DNA of 64,000 nt from an uncultured virus (IMG/VR IMGVR_UViG_3300048029_000465) (IMGVR_UViG_3300048029_000465), one strand, 5' to 3'. Shown: positions 8,966 to 19,236, counted from the first letter of the stretch. Notes: generated from the sequence alone by a model not told the origin. Program-made: numbers and translations.

Positions 8966-9625
8966 ATGGGTAAACGATCTAAAACTTTACAGGGTGCAAA
9001 CTTAGAGTTGCAGGAGATTGAACCACTCACACAAAACCAGCTTCGAGCTTTTGAAAGCGACAAGAACATGGTCTTGCATGGGGTAGCAGGAACAGGTAAA
9101 ACATTTATTGCGTGCTACTTTGCCTTTGATGACATGATTAAAGGCGAGTATGATAAGCTCGTACTAATACGTAGTGCAGTTCCTACTCGGGATATAGGAT
9201 TCCTTCCAGGAACCGAGAAAGAAAAAGCATCGGTATATGAAGAGCCCTACAAGGATATTTGTATAGAACTCTTTCAACGTGGCGATGCGTACCAAATATT
9301 AAAGACAAAAGCGTTAGTGCATTTTATGACAACTTCATTTATTCGTGGCGTAACTCTACGTAATGCTACGATTATTATAGATGAGTGTCAGAATATGTCA
9401 TTTCATGAGTTGGATTCAATTATTACTCGTGTTGGAGAAGGCTGTAGAGTTATTTTTTGTGGAGACTTCCGTCAGGCAGACCTACACAAGAATGGCCTAC
9501 GGGACTTTATTCGCGTACTAAAAGCAACCGAAATGTTCGATATAGTAGACTTTGAAGTTCACGATATTGTACGTAGTAGTTTTGTTAAAAAATACATCAT
9601 AGCAAAAGACCAACTAGGGTTATAA
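8966..9625 (+). CDS. phoH: PhoH-family ATPase
   Basis: GVAGTGKT, IGFLPG, RGVTL, IIDECQN, GDFRQ.D, DIVRS motifs. Confidence 0.93.
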   Translation: MGKRSKTLQGANLELQEIEPLTQNQLRAFESDKNMVLHGVAGTGKTFIACYFAFDDMIKGEYDKLVLIRSAVPTRDIGFLPGTEKEKASVYEEPYKDICIELFQRGDAYQILKTKALVHFMTTSFIRGVTLRNATIIIDECQNMSFHELDSIITRVGEGCRVIFCGDFRQADLHKNGLRDFIRVLKATEMFDIVDFEVHDIVRSSFVKKYIIAKDQLGL

Positions 9626-10908
9626 TGAAAGCTGTTCTATCTAACCGTATCTTTATGGAGTGTAGTCCGGAGTATCGAAAGGTACTCTCGGACGAACTCA
9701 CTTACAAAATACCTTCGCAAAACCCAAACGATCCACCACAGGTCATTAAGAATCTGCAGCGGGTGCGCGAAAATCTGGTATCTATACCAATCGGACGAAC
9801 GGATCTGATACCAGGCTCATACGAAATTGTAGAAAAACGTCTAAATATTCCTGCTGATTTTCCGGAATTTAAATTTGAGTTACGACAAAGTCAGCAGGAT
9901 GTTTATAATGAGCTTACCGACAATTGTATCATCAACGCGTGGGTAAGTTGGGGAAAGACCTTTACAGGTCTTGCAATCGCAGGGAAACTGGGCCAAAAAA
10001 CACTTGTAGTGACGCACACTGTGCCACTACGAAATCAATGGGCCAAAGAAGTGGAGAAAGTATATGGATTTACCCCTGGCATTATTGGGAGTGGTCAGTT
10101 CGATATTGATAAGCCTATTGTTATTGGGAATACTCAGACTTTGTATCGGAATATCGAGAAAATCAGAAAAGAATTCGGAACTATAATACTAGACGAGATG
10201 CATCACGTATCTTCTCCGACTTTTGCTAAAATTATTGATACCAGTCATGCTCGATATAAGATTGGGCTATCAGGTACAATTGAGCGCAAAGATGGAAAGC
10301 ACGTTGTATTTCGAGATTACTTCAGTCCGAATATCTTCAAGCCGCCAAAAGAGAACTTTCTTACTCCGAGCATACACATCTATCGCTCAGAAGTACGTTT
10401 TCCAGATGGCGCAAATATACCTTGGGCGAAGCGAGTTAATACTATCGCAAATAATGATGAGTACCGCCACTCCGTAGCTATGCTTGCATCAGCGTACGCG
10501 GCACGAGGCCACAAGGTGCTCGTGGTGTCAGATCGAGTTCATTTTTTGAAGAGCTGCGCCGAACTGACTGGTGAGAATTCTATATGTGTTACGGGCGAGG
10601 TGCCGCACGAGCAAAGAGAAGAACTCATAAGTGAAATCTTACATGGAAGTAAGAATATTTTATACGGCACTCAAGCTATTTTCAGCGAAGGCATATCTGT
10701 GAATACATTGAGTTGTCTTATTCTTGCAACTCCTATTAATAATGAGCCACTACTTACACAGCTTATCGGTCGAGTAGTTCGCAAACACGATAATAAAAGA
10801 GATCCGGTAATTATTGACATTCATCTCAAAGGCAAGACAGCCCAACGACAAGCATCCAACAGGATGGGCTACTACATGAAACAAGGTTATTCAATTAAAC
10901 AGCTTTGA
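9625..10908 (+). CDS. SF2 ATP-dependent helicase (T5 D10)
   Basis: WGKT, DEMHH, GLSGT, EGIS, QLIGRV.R motifs; synteny. Confidence 0.9.
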   Translation: MKAVLSNRIFMECSPEYRKVLSDELTYKIPSQNPNDPPQVIKNLQRVRENLVSIPIGRTDLIPGSYEIVEKRLNIPADFPEFKFELRQSQQDVYNELTDNCIINAWVSWGKTFTGLAIAGKLGQKTLVVTHTVPLRNQWAKEVEKVYGFTPGIIGSGQFDIDKPIVIGNTQTLYRNIEKIRKEFGTIILDEMHHVSSPTFAKIIDTSHARYKIGLSGTIERKDGKHVVFRDYFSPNIFKPPKENFLTPSIHIYRSEVRFPDGANIPWAKRVNTIANNDEYRHSVAMLASAYAARGHKVLVVSDRVHFLKSCAELTGENSICVTGEVPHEQREELISEILHGSKNILYGTQAIFSEGISVNTLSCLILATPINNEPLLTQLIGRVVRKHDNKRDPVIIDIHLKGKTAQRQASNRMGYYMKQGYSIKQL

Positions 10909-10914
10909 ACGTAG

Positions 10915-10954
10915 AAAAATAGTTCTTGACTTTTGCATCAAATGAGAGTATAAT
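10915..10954 (+). promoter_or_regulatory. sigma70-type T5-like promoter
   Basis: AAAAATAGTTC-TTGACT(10926-10931)-17 bp-TATAAT(10949-10954). Confidence 0.85.
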
Positions 10955-11356
10955 ATGTTGTTCTATAATTGGGAAAAGATATTTGAATCATCTGAAGGGA
11001 ACCCTCAGACGATGTATTCCATTGTCAAAATGATGTATCTTAATGAAATACCTAAAAACAAATATGACAAAATTTATAAATATGCTAATAAGAGCTTTAT
11101 TGGACAGTCCTTTTTACTACATCCAGATGTACTACTGTACAATTCTTATAAGCATAGCTTTCGCGAGATAGCCCAGTATCTTGCCTTAGCTTCTGTCCGC
11201 CCTTACGTGGACTATGTAACAACTGGGGAACTTACTCTAGATCTTGACCTTGTTGAGATACCACTAGAGCTTTTTACAGACAACAGCCTACTACATGTAG
11301 AAGATGGTAAATTACATTTTTTATATGAAGAAGTCAAACAGGAGAATATACACTAA
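10955..11356 (+). CDS. conserved T5-like hypothetical protein between D10 and D11
   Basis: 133-aa ORF, TAATG-coupled to D11; synteny. Confidence 0.7.
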   Translation: MLFYNWEKIFESSEGNPQTMYSIVKMMYLNEIPKNKYDKIYKYANKSFIGQSFLLHPDVLLYNSYKHSFREIAQYLALASVRPYVDYVTTGELTLDLDLVEIPLELFTDNSLLHVEDGKLHFLYEEVKQENIH

Positions 11357-11982
11357 TGGCACTATCATTCAACAAAGCCGCTGGCGGCGCTAAAAAATCT
11401 TCCCTTACTTCCTATTCTTACCGCGATGGAGACAACGAAGTTCGTCTCGTCGGAGATGTACTTGCACGGTATGTATACTGGCTAGAAGGTAAAAACGGCA
11501 AGAACATTCCTTTCGAGTGCTTGTCTTTTGATCGCAACGAAGAGCGATTTAACAATCTTGAAAAGGACTGGGTACGAGAGTTCTACCCCGATCTAAAGTG
11601 TGGCTGGAGCTACGCAATGCAGTGTCTTGATGGAGGTGAAGTAAAAATCATCAACCTCAAGAAGAAGCTCTTTGAAGCTATCTTAACTGCGGCAGAAGAT
11701 CTTGGGGATCCTACTGACCCAGAAACAGGCTGGGACGTTAAGTTCAAGCGTGTTAAGACGGGACCTTTGCCCTACAACGTAGAGTACCAGTTACAAGTAC
11801 TCAAGTGCAAGCAACGTGCTCTCAGCGAGAATGAGCTACAAGCAGTTGCAGACTTAAAGTCTATGGACGATGTTATGCCCCGTCCTACTCCCGACGCACA
11901 GAAAGCACTTCTTGAAGAGATTCGTGAAGATGCAGCGGGCGATATTGATGAATCTTTGGAAGATGAGTTCAAGATCGGATGA
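11356..11982 (+). CDS. T5 D11-like ssDNA-binding protein
   Basis: VRLVG.VL.RYVYW, PFECL.F, DPTDPETGWDV.F.R.KTGP...VEY, acidic tail. Confidence 0.82.
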   Translation: MALSFNKAAGGAKKSSLTSYSYRDGDNEVRLVGDVLARYVYWLEGKNGKNIPFECLSFDRNEERFNNLEKDWVREFYPDLKCGWSYAMQCLDGGEVKIINLKKKLFEAILTAAEDLGDPTDPETGWDVKFKRVKTGPLPYNVEYQLQVLKCKQRALSENELQAVADLKSMDDVMPRPTPDAQKALLEEIREDAAGDIDESLEDEFKIG

Positions 11983-12938
11983 TTTTATTTACGGCAGACT
12001 GGCATATAAAGCTAGGGCAAAAGAACGTACCTCGTGATTGGGCGATAAAGCGTTATCAATCATTTTTTGAACAAGTACATAGTTTAGAAAAGCAGTGCAA
12101 TATGCACGTTATTGGTGGTGACTTATTTGACCGTCTGCCGAACATGGAAGAGTTGGAGCTTTACTTTGAGTTTATATCAAAGGTGAGTATCCCAACTCTT
12201 ATCTATGACGGAAATCACGAAGCTACAAAGAAAAACAAAACATTTTTTACACAGCTAAAGAAAGTATCGCGAGAGATTAACCCACTCGTAAAAGTAGTTG
12301 ATATGTCATACTACGACAATGACTTTGGGTTTGGAGTACTGCCCTATGCAGATCTTCATCGTAAAAATTCTATTGAACTGTTTGATCCAAAGAAGCCTTT
12401 GTTCACTCATGTTCGCGGAGAAATACCTCCACACGTCAAGCCAGAGGTGGACTTAGACAGGTTCGAGGATTTCCCTGTAGTTTTTGCAGGAGACCTACAC
12501 GCACATAGCAATACTCAACGAAATATTGTATACCCCGGTAGCCCTATGACAACTTCATTTCATAGAAATGAGGTACAGACTGGCTACCTCTTAATAAACC
12601 CAAGAGATTGGTCATGGATGTGGGACGCTTTTGAGCTACCACAACTTATTCGTAAAACAGTATCAGACCCAAGTGAGATGATACCAACGGACTTCCATCA
12701 TACAATCTATGAGATAGAAGGGGACATACAAGAGCTCGCAAACGTAAAAAACAACGAACTTCTTGATAAGAAAGTTGTAAAACGAAGTAGTGAAGCTACT
12801 CTCGTAATACAGAAAGACATGAGCATTCAAGAAGAATTAGTAGAGTATCTATCCTATATTTTGGAAATACCAGAAACAAGGATACCAGAAATAGTAGGTA
12901 TATTTAATGATTACGCTGCAAAAGTTGAAATGGAGTAA
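11979..12938 (+). CDS. SbcD/Mre11-like recombination nuclease (T5 D12)
   Basis: Metallophosphoesterase motifs ADWH, GGDLFD, GNHE, GDLH, YPGS. Confidence 0.92.
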   Translation: MILFTADWHIKLGQKNVPRDWAIKRYQSFFEQVHSLEKQCNMHVIGGDLFDRLPNMEELELYFEFISKVSIPTLIYDGNHEATKKNKTFFTQLKKVSREINPLVKVVDMSYYDNDFGFGVLPYADLHRKNSIELFDPKKPLFTHVRGEIPPHVKPEVDLDRFEDFPVVFAGDLHAHSNTQRNIVYPGSPMTTSFHRNEVQTGYLLINPRDWSWMWDAFELPQLIRKTVSDPSEMIPTDFHHTIYEIEGDIQELANVKNNELLDKKVVKRSSEATLVIQKDMSIQEELVEYLSYILEIPETRIPEIVGIFNDYAAKVEME

Positions 12939-14703
12939 TTGTTTTAGCTATGGGCCTGACAATGAGCTAGATCTCAGTGATAATACTGTAACGCAAGTTC
13001 TTGGCACTAACGGTATGGGCAAGTCGTCCATACCGTTAATTATTGAAGAGGCACTGTACAACAAAAACTCGAAAGGTATTAAAAAAGCAGATATACCCAA
13101 TAGATACGTAAATGCAGGATACCATATACATCTTGAATTTGCGAAAGATGGAAAAAAGTATGATGTCGTTATTGATCGGAAGTCTAGTATTAAGCTTAAG
13201 TTGCTGGAAAATGGAGAAGATATTAGTTCTCATACAGCGACCAATACATACAAGACACTCCAAGATATTATTGGAATCGACTTTAAAACCTTCTCTCAGT
13301 TGGTATATCAAAACACAAATAGTAGTCTACAGTTTCTTACTGCGACAGATACGAACCGCAAGAAGTTTCTCATTGATCTTCTCCACTTAGAGCATTATGT
13401 TCGACTTTTTGATCTATTTAAAGAAGAAGCTCGCAAGAGTACGTTAAATCTTAATAGTATTGAATCGAAAATAGCGACAATTGAAAAGTGGTTAAACGAT
13501 AACAAATTGAGCGATACATCCATACTGCCTCTGTCTGAAATTTCTATTGAGACGGAAGGTGACGAGAAGGAACTCGCCAACCTTATGGTTGAAATTAAAA
13601 ATATCTCTGAGAAAAATAAAAAGATTTCTCAGAATAATACTTACAGAGACATGCTGTCTAAGATAAATATCGAAGAAGCACAAAACTGTGAAGTAACCGA
13701 GCTACAATCATACGATGAGTTTCAAAGCGAGTTAGGAACCTTAAGCGGGGTCGTAACGGGGTCAAAAACTATTTTACACAAGATGAGTAAATTAGGAGAT
13801 CACTGCCCCACTTGTGAGCAATCTGTAGATAGTTCTTTTAAACAATCATTAATTGATGCAGAGGCAAGAAAAGTTGCCGAAGCGAGAGAAAGACAAGATG
13901 AAATTGAACGAAGAATATCAGAAATTAAACAAAACAATGCAAAGTACCAATCTTCTAGAAAAATTCAACGAGATTGGGAAGAGTTGTTTCGAAGCATTGA
14001 CAACAATCTTCCGGCATCTCCTTTGGATCCTGCTGAGCTTAAAAACAGGGCTGAAGGAATCTCGCAAAGAATATCAGATGCGAAAGAACGGCTGGTTCGA
14101 CTCACACGAAAAAATGAAACAATCACTAAACGAAACACTAGAATCCAAGTAATACTTGAGCAAACAGAAGAGTTTGAAAGTGAACTATTTGAACTACAGG
14201 AGCTTCTTGACTTAGAAGGAGCAACCGCAAGCCATCTCGAAGTGCTAAAGAAAGCCTTTAGTACAAATGGGTTGCTTGCATACAAGATAGAGAATTTGGT
14301 AAAAGAGTTGGAAGAACTCACAAATCACTATCTAGCAGAATTATCCGATGGTCGTTTTACTTTGGAGTTTGTAGTATCAAATGATAAACTTAATGTGCAA
14401 ATCACTGATAATGGTAACATTGTGGATATTCTTGCTCTCTCTAGTGGAGAATTGGCAAGGGTGAACACAGCTACTCTTATTGCGATACGTAAATTGATGA
14501 GTAGTATATCGAAGTCTCAAATTAATATTCTGTTTCTAGATGAAGTAATTAACGTCTTGGATGAGACTGGGCGTGAAAAATTAGTAGAGGTACTTTTGGG
14601 AGAAGACTTGAATACTTATGTTGTGAGCCACGGCTGGACTCACCCTCTACTCGATAAAGTCGAAGTAGTCAAGTCAGGTAATGTAAGCAAACTGGAGTAT
14701 TAA
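12907..14703 (+). CDS. SbcC/Rad50-like ATPase (T5 D13)
   Basis: GTNGMGKSS, coiled coil with CPTC zinc hook, LSSGE signature, FLDE, VVSH. Confidence 0.93.
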   Translation: MITLQKLKWSNCFSYGPDNELDLSDNTVTQVLGTNGMGKSSIPLIIEEALYNKNSKGIKKADIPNRYVNAGYHIHLEFAKDGKKYDVVIDRKSSIKLKLLENGEDISSHTATNTYKTLQDIIGIDFKTFSQLVYQNTNSSLQFLTATDTNRKKFLIDLLHLEHYVRLFDLFKEEARKSTLNLNSIESKIATIEKWLNDNKLSDTSILPLSEISIETEGDEKELANLMVEIKNISEKNKKISQNNTYRDMLSKINIEEAQNCEVTELQSYDEFQSELGTLSGVVTGSKTILHKMSKLGDHCPTCEQSVDSSFKQSLIDAEARKVAEARERQDEIERRISEIKQNNAKYQSSRKIQRDWEELFRSIDNNLPASPLDPAELKNRAEGISQRISDAKERLVRLTRKNETITKRNTRIQVILEQTEEFESELFELQELLDLEGATASHLEVLKKAFSTNGLLAYKIENLVKELEELTNHYLAELSDGRFTLEFVVSNDKLNVQITDNGNIVDILALSSGELARVNTATLIAIRKLMSSISKSQINILFLDEVINVLDETGREKLVEVLLGEDLNTYVVSHGWTHPLLDKVEVVKSGNVSKLEY

Positions 14704-14885
14704 TGGGACATGCTAGGCGTATGCAAAATAATCGTCGCAGACAAATTTGGGAAATGATAAAGGAGAAAGACAATGAGCGATCCAGAAATGACTCTGACAA
14801 CAGGCTTCCTGATGGCAGAGAATATGAAACAATACTTGAAGGGCAAGATTCTGTACCACGAAACGAACGTACAAATTTATTTTAA
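14703..14885 (+). CDS. possible small basic ORF coupled to D13
   Basis: TAATG coupling with GGAG SD; overlaps the next gene in another frame. Confidence 0.35.
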   Translation: MGHARRMQNNRRRQIWEMIKEKDNERSRNDSDNRLPDGREYETILEGQDSVPRNERTNLF

Positions 14886-15009
14886 GAATCCTGTAGGTAT
14901 TGGAGAGCACCCTGATATAATGGCTGCTATTGAAGAAGAGCTTTCAAAAGTAGCAGAGTATAAAGAAAAGTTAGACACGTTAACGCATTTAACGAGGCTA
15001 CTATGGTAG
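14773..15009 (+). CDS. small hypothetical protein (NPVGIGEHPDI motif)
   Basis: AAGGAG RBS; N.VGIGEH.DI...IE.EL motif recalled from aquatic phages. Confidence 0.75.
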   Translation: MSDPEMTLTTGFLMAENMKQYLKGKILYHETNVQIYFKNPVGIGEHPDIMAAIEEELSKVAEYKEKLDTLTHLTRLLW

Positions 15010-15449
15010 ATAGTAGAGCAAAAGGCGCTAGGGGTGAGTATCTAGTACGAGATATGTTGCGCGACTCTACAGGGCTACAGTTTGAAAGAGTACCAGCATC
15101 AGGCGCTCTTGAGTACTTAAAAGGAGATTTGTATGTACCTCATGCAAAGAATCGTTTTTGTATTGAAGTGAAGAACTATGAAAAGTCACCTCTTTCAGAT
15201 AAAATATTTACAGCACCTAGAACAAACAATTTAATTAAATGGTGGAAGAAGCTAATACAACAAGCAGAAGGCGGCAACCAGGAGCCTTTATTGTTTTTTA
15301 AATACAATCGGTCAGAGGTATTTGTTGTAACTGCACTTCTTCCTGAATTCACAGACCACTGGATACATATTGAGTGGTTAGACTGCTATGTACTTCTAGC
15401 GAAGACATGGCTAGCAGAAGAAAAAGTAGAGTTTATACATGGCATTTAA
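15003..15449 (+). CDS. Holliday junction resolvase-like PD-(D/E)xK nuclease (T5 D14)
   Basis: SRAKG.RGE, RVP.SGA, GDL, IEVKN motifs. Confidence 0.85.
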   Translation: MVDSRAKGARGEYLVRDMLRDSTGLQFERVPASGALEYLKGDLYVPHAKNRFCIEVKNYEKSPLSDKIFTAPRTNNLIKWWKKLIQQAEGGNQEPLLFFKYNRSEVFVVTALLPEFTDHWIHIEWLDCYVLLAKTWLAEEKVEFIHGI

Positions 15450-16284
15450 TCTTACAGATAAGATGATTAATGAGGATGCCAACTCTACTCTAATCGTAGA
15501 TGCTTTAAATCTAGCGTTTCGCTGGAAGCATCAGGGCCGTACTGATTTTCGATACGATTATCAAAGTACAGTAAAAAGTTTGGCTAAATCATATGATTGT
15601 AAGGACGTTATCATTACCGCAGATTGGGGGTCATCAACTTATCGTAAGGCGATTGCCCCCGACTATAAGCAAAATAGAAAAGATAAGTTCGCTGAACAAT
15701 CAGACGCAGAGAGACTCGCATTCGAAGAGTTTTTCGAAGAGTTCGAAGCAAGCCTCGAAGTGCTCGCAGAAGACTACCCAGTCCTTAGATATAAGGGTGT
15801 AGAAGCTGACGATATTGCAGCACATTTAGTAAGACACAAAAGTAAGTACGATTTAGAGTATATTTGGTTGATTTCAAGTGACCGAGACTGGGATCTACTC
15901 ATTCAAGAGAATGTAGGTAGATTTTCATATGTCACTCGACGAGAAGTGAGATTAGATAACTGGAAAGAACATTATGATGTTGACCCAGACCTCTATATCT
16001 CAATGAAGTGTTTGACAGGAGATAAAGGCGACAACGTAGCAGGTATTCCTGGCATTGGTCCGAAGAGAGCAACACAGCTCATTGAACAATACGGCGATGC
16101 AATGGATATTTATAATGCGGTTCCTATATCAAGTAAATATAAGTACATTCAATCTTTGAATGAAAATGCAGAACAATTGCTCGTCAACTACGAGTTAATG
16201 GATTTAATTACCTACTGCGATGATGCAATAGGTGCAGACAATATTGAAGATATTGGGCGAGTGATAAATGAATATAGAAATTGA
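15439..16284 (+). CDS. 5' flap endonuclease / 5'-3' exonuclease (T5 D15)
   Basis: IVDALNL, YK.NR, EADD, SSDRD, GDKGDN..GI.GIGPKRA. Confidence 0.93.
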   Translation: MAFNLTDKMINEDANSTLIVDALNLAFRWKHQGRTDFRYDYQSTVKSLAKSYDCKDVIITADWGSSTYRKAIAPDYKQNRKDKFAEQSDAERLAFEEFFEEFEASLEVLAEDYPVLRYKGVEADDIAAHLVRHKSKYDLEYIWLISSDRDWDLLIQENVGRFSYVTRREVRLDNWKEHYDVDPDLYISMKCLTGDKGDNVAGIPGIGPKRATQLIEQYGDAMDIYNAVPISSKYKYIQSLNENAEQLLVNYELMDLITYCDDAIGADNIEDIGRVINEYRN

Positions 16285-18043
16285 TTTTAGACGAGACCGC
16301 TATCTCTCTGAGTTTAGTATAAAAACTCTACAAGATAGATACTTAGTAAATGGAGAAGGTTCTCCACAGCAGGCCTTTGCTCGTGCAGCAGAAGCCTTCG
16401 CGGACGACGAAGCCCATGCTCAACGACTGTACGACTATGCTAGTAAATTATGGTTTATGTTCAGTACCCCTATTCTCAGTAATGGCGGGACTAAGCGTGG
16501 TTTACCTATTAGTTGCTTTCTCAATTACGTGGATGATAGTAGGAGAGGTATTACGGACCACTATACAGAAAACGCTTTTCTTTCTTCTGTTGGCGGCGGG
16601 GTCGGCGGGTACTGGGGAGATATACGTTCAGTTGGTTCTAAAACCTCTAATGGATCGGAGTCTACCGGCGTAATACCTTTTATGAAAGTTGTAGATGCAG
16701 AAATGCTCGCATTCTCGCAGGGAGTTACCCGTCGGGGAAGCTACGCGGCATATCTGCCGATGAATCATCCCGAAATCGAGGAGTTCTTAGATGTACGAAA
16801 GCCTACTGGCGGTGATATTAACCGTAAGTCGACTAATCTTCATCATGGAGTTGTTATTCCTGATGCTTTCATGGAGCTGATTGAAGGAGCGACAAAAGAA
16901 GAAGGATTTGATGATAGTTGGGAGCTAACCGATCCTCATTCAGGGCATGTAACAAAAACCGTATCAGCGAAGACACTTTGGGTAAAATTGATACAAAACC
17001 GTGTCGAAACTGGCGAGCCTTACATTATGTTTGGCGACACAGTACAAGAAGCACTTCCAGACTGTCAGAAAGACTTAGGACTACAAGTACACCAATCTAA
17101 TCTATGTAGTGAGATTACACTTGTTACAAACGAAGACCGAACAGCAGTATGTTGTCTATCAAGTGTAAATCTGGAGGAGTATGACTCTTGGAGCAGTGAT
17201 CCTCAATTTATTCCAGATCTAGTACGAATGTTAGACAATGTACTTACTTACTTTATTGCTCATGCTCCAAATGAGCTGGAGAAAGCACGTTTCAGTGCGG
17301 AGAAGGAGAGAAGCATTGGCTTGGGGGCGATGGGGTTCCATGCCTATTTACAACGGCACAACATTCCGTTTGAATCGGCAATGGCGAAAGGACGTAATAT
17401 GGCTATGTTTTGGCACATTAAGTCAGCTGCGGAGACTGCTAGTAGAGCTCTTGCAGTGGAGCGCGGAGAAGCGCCTGATGCACAAGGCACAGGTATGCGT
17501 AATTGTCACTTGTTGGCTATTGCTCCAAACGCTTCGAGTAGCATTATCTGTGGCAACACTAGTCCTAGTATCGAGCCTTACCGTGCTAACGCATACACAC
17601 AGAAAACTAAAAGTGGTACCTCTTTACAAAAGAACGAGTATCTCGAAGATCTTCTCCGAGAGCTAGGAATGGATAATGATGAAGTTTGGAAGAGTATTGT
17701 TACAAATGGTGGATCAGTAGCACATCTAGATTTTTTAGATGACTGGACAAAAGATGTGTTTAAAACCGCAGTAGAAATTGATCAACGCTGGGTAATTGAC
17801 ATGGCATCAGACCGGCAAAAACACATTTGTCAGAGCCAGTCTCTGAATGTCTTCTTCCCTGCAGACGTATCAAAACAGGAGCTTCATGCTATACATATGC
17901 AGGCATGGAAGCAAAAAGTAAAAACGTTGTACTACTTACGAAGCGAAGCCTACAAGCGCGCAGAAAAAGTATCCGACGAGGCACTGCGTCAACGTATATT
18001 CGATTCCATGGATGAAAGTGCGTGTCTGGCGTGTGAGGGATAA
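16268..18043 (+). CDS. nrdA: class I ribonucleotide reductase alpha subunit (no ATP cone)
   Basis: STPILSN, PISC, NLCSE radical-site loop, APNASSS, SQSLN, LYY, C-terminal CLACEG. Confidence 0.93.
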   Translation: MNIEIDFRRDRYLSEFSIKTLQDRYLVNGEGSPQQAFARAAEAFADDEAHAQRLYDYASKLWFMFSTPILSNGGTKRGLPISCFLNYVDDSRRGITDHYTENAFLSSVGGGVGGYWGDIRSVGSKTSNGSESTGVIPFMKVVDAEMLAFSQGVTRRGSYAAYLPMNHPEIEEFLDVRKPTGGDINRKSTNLHHGVVIPDAFMELIEGATKEEGFDDSWELTDPHSGHVTKTVSAKTLWVKLIQNRVETGEPYIMFGDTVQEALPDCQKDLGLQVHQSNLCSEITLVTNEDRTAVCCLSSVNLEEYDSWSSDPQFIPDLVRMLDNVLTYFIAHAPNELEKARFSAEKERSIGLGAMGFHAYLQRHNIPFESAMAKGRNMAMFWHIKSAAETASRALAVERGEAPDAQGTGMRNCHLLAIAPNASSSIICGNTSPSIEPYRANAYTQKTKSGTSLQKNEYLEDLLRELGMDNDEVWKSIVTNGGSVAHLDFLDDWTKDVFKTAVEIDQRWVIDMASDRQKHICQSQSLNVFFPADVSKQELHAIHMQAWKQKVKTLYYLRSEAYKRAEKVSDEALRQRIFDSMDESACLACEG

Positions 18044-18046
18044 AAT

Positions 18047-18268
18047 ATGGAAGTAGAAATCTATGGATCAGAAGGATGCGGTTTTTGTGATAAAGCCGTA
18101 GAACTTGCAGAAGAGTTGTGTATTGATTACACTTATATTGATGCAAATAAAGCAGTACAAGAATTTAGTAGATTATTTCCCGGCGCTAAAACTGTTCCTC
18201 AAATACGTGTGAACGGTGAGTGGGTCGGAGGATACAGCGACTTCGAAGAAGTCATGGAGTACATTTAA
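18047..18268 (+). CDS. glutaredoxin
   Basis: CGFC active site, TVPQI, VGGY. Confidence 0.9.
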   Translation: MEVEIYGSEGCGFCDKAVELAEELCIDYTYIDANKAVQEFSRLFPGAKTVPQIRVNGEWVGGYSDFEEVMEYI

Positions 18269-19227
18269 TGAATCTTCTCACAGAAAGAGAATACTACAAA
18301 CCCTTTAATTACCCTTGGGCATTTGAGCACTATAAAACCCAACAGCATATGCATTGGTTACCTGACGAAGTTAACCTTGCAGATGATTTGAGAGACTATC
18401 GTGAAAAACTTACGCCAGGTAACAAACAGCTTATTAACCAAATATTTAGATTCTTTACACAGGCCGATGTTGATGTATGTTGTGGTTATGCCAAGCATTA
18501 CCTACCTACATTCAAACAGCCTGAAGTAAGAATGATGCTTTCTGCTTTTGCCGCGATGGAAGCAGTGCATCAAGAAGCATATTCATTACTCCTAGAAACT
18601 CTCGGGTTTGGAGATGATGAGTACCAAAAGTTCATGGAGCATAAAGCTATGATGGACAAGCATGAGCACTTGTCTAACTTTGGTATGGATACCAACATGA
18701 ACATCGCAAAGACTATGGCAATCTATAGCGGCTTCACAGAAGGCGTACAATTGTTTAGTAGTTTTGCGATTTTGCTCAACTTCCCTCGTCACAACTTAAT
18801 GAAAGGCATGGGACAAATCGTTACGTGGTCTATTCGGGATGAAACACTCCACGTAGAAGGTATGTCTCAGCTATTCCGAACTTTCATTGCGGAAAATCCT
18901 GAGTTGTGGAATGACGAGTTGAAGTATGAAATCTACTGCGCTGCAGAGCGTACTGTAGAATTAGAAGATGCTTTTATTGATCTGTGTTTTGAGGGTGCGG
19001 ACGTACCAGATCTCACAGCGGGAGAAATCAAAGAGTATATTCGATACATTGCAGACCGAAGACTTCTTGGCCTAGGAATGAAGAAGATTTTTGGTAGCGA
19101 AGAGAACCCTTTACCGTGGCTTGACTATATGTTAAATGCGGTAGAGCACACTAACTTTTTTGAAAATCGTGCCACCGAGTACGCTCGAGCAAGTACTACG
19201 GGTAACTGGCAGGATATATTTAAATAG
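18268..19227 (+). CDS. nrdB: class Ia ribonucleotide reductase beta subunit
   Basis: FTQAD, EAVH..AY (radical Tyr), TEG..LFSSF, RDETLH, NFFE; start at TAATG 18268. Confidence 0.93.
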   Translation: MNLLTEREYYKPFNYPWAFEHYKTQQHMHWLPDEVNLADDLRDYREKLTPGNKQLINQIFRFFTQADVDVCCGYAKHYLPTFKQPEVRMMLSAFAAMEAVHQEAYSLLLETLGFGDDEYQKFMEHKAMMDKHEHLSNFGMDTNMNIAKTMAIYSGFTEGVQLFSSFAILLNFPRHNLMKGMGQIVTWSIRDETLHVEGMSQLFRTFIAENPELWNDELKYEIYCAAERTVELEDAFIDLCFEGADVPDLTAGEIKEYIRYIADRRLLGLGMKKIFGSEENPLPWLDYMLNAVEHTNFFENRATEYARASTTGNWQDIFK

Positions 19228-19236
19228 GATTCTATT

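Noticed and set aside
6214..19227. Inteins, introns or homing endonucleases in pol, helicase or nrd genes
   Set aside because: All are uninterrupted and of compact length; no HNH, LAGLIDADG or intein motifs noticed.
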